From positions 2,656,001-2,720,000 of the forward strand of contig OZ253375.1 of the NCBI GenBank assembly GCA_965261005.1: DNA of 64,000 bases. Reading direction: 5' to 3'. The stretch's first letter is position 1, and every line of letters begins with the position of its first letter. Position numbers and translations under genes: made by a program. This DNA comes from Deinococcus sp. Lineage in GTDB: Bacteria; Deinococcota; Deinococci; Deinococcales; Deinococcaceae. Of the stretch, positions 63,674 through 64,000 are shown piece by piece. The notes beneath the pieces were generated by a model, which saw nothing but the letters and a program-made list of their open reading frames with translations, did no database searches and had not been told where the DNA came from.

Positions 63674-63988
63674 ATGCAGGAAAGCCTGCTTGAGGGCGCG
63701 CGGCTGTTCAACCTGGGCTTGTATTGGGAGGCGCACGAGGCTTGGGAAGGTCCGTGGTTGCGTGCCTCGGGAACGGAGCGGGCCTACGTGCAGGGACTTA
63801 TTTTGCTGGCGGCGGCCCTACACAAGCGCTGGGTTCACGGCAGCTTGACGGCCCGCAATTACCACAAGGCGAGGCGGTATCTGGCGACCCTGCCGGACAA
63901 CTTCGACGGCGTGAACTTGCGCCTCTTGGAGCGCGAGGTGAAGGAAGCGCTCGAACGTGCCGGGGTGCGGCCACAGCTGCCCTTATAA
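63674..63988 (+). CDS. DUF309 protein
   Basis: LFN.G.YWEAHEAWE..W, QGLILLAAAL. Confidence 0.88.
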   Translation: MQESLLEGARLFNLGLYWEAHEAWEGPWLRASGTERAYVQGLILLAAALHKRWVHGSLTARNYHKARRYLATLPDNFDGVNLRLLEREVKEALERAGVRPQLPL

Positions 63989-64000
63989 CCTTATAAAACG

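Overview
High-GC bacterial chromosome segment, most likely Deinococcota (Deinococcus-like). The evidence is the L14 '[12 protein letters not shown]' insert, the short Zn-free S14/S4 and many leaderless genes with a TAnnnT box 5-7 nt before the start. The right third (41.9-61.7 kb) is a contiguous str-S10-spc-alpha ribosomal supercluster. The left two thirds hold housekeeping genes (metH, sulfite/nitrite reductase, glyA, purB, an intein-containing guaB, proBA, hisA), tRNA-Ala(CGC) and tRNA-Leu(CAG), and two toxin-antitoxin pairs. Seven mobile elements are present: a TnpB-only IS200/IS605 element, IS66, an IS701-like element, IS5 nested in ISAs1, IS4 and a 150-bp MITE. Most have TIRs and target duplications readable in the sequence. 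The most interesting content is two effector-immunity cassettes with contractile-injection-system (eCIS) hallmarks but no structural genes in the window. The first is an IS-split DUF4157 polymorphic toxin with a TNT/ART-like tip and two small downstream genes. The second is a GH73 + C39-like double peptidoglycan hydrolase with two exported partner proteins and an Afp15/Pvc15-like AAA+ ATPase. Also notable are a strong-SD 40-aa uORF coupled to fusA and a TnpB guide locus inside the glyA leader. All family assignments are from motif recognition by eye; no database searches were run.
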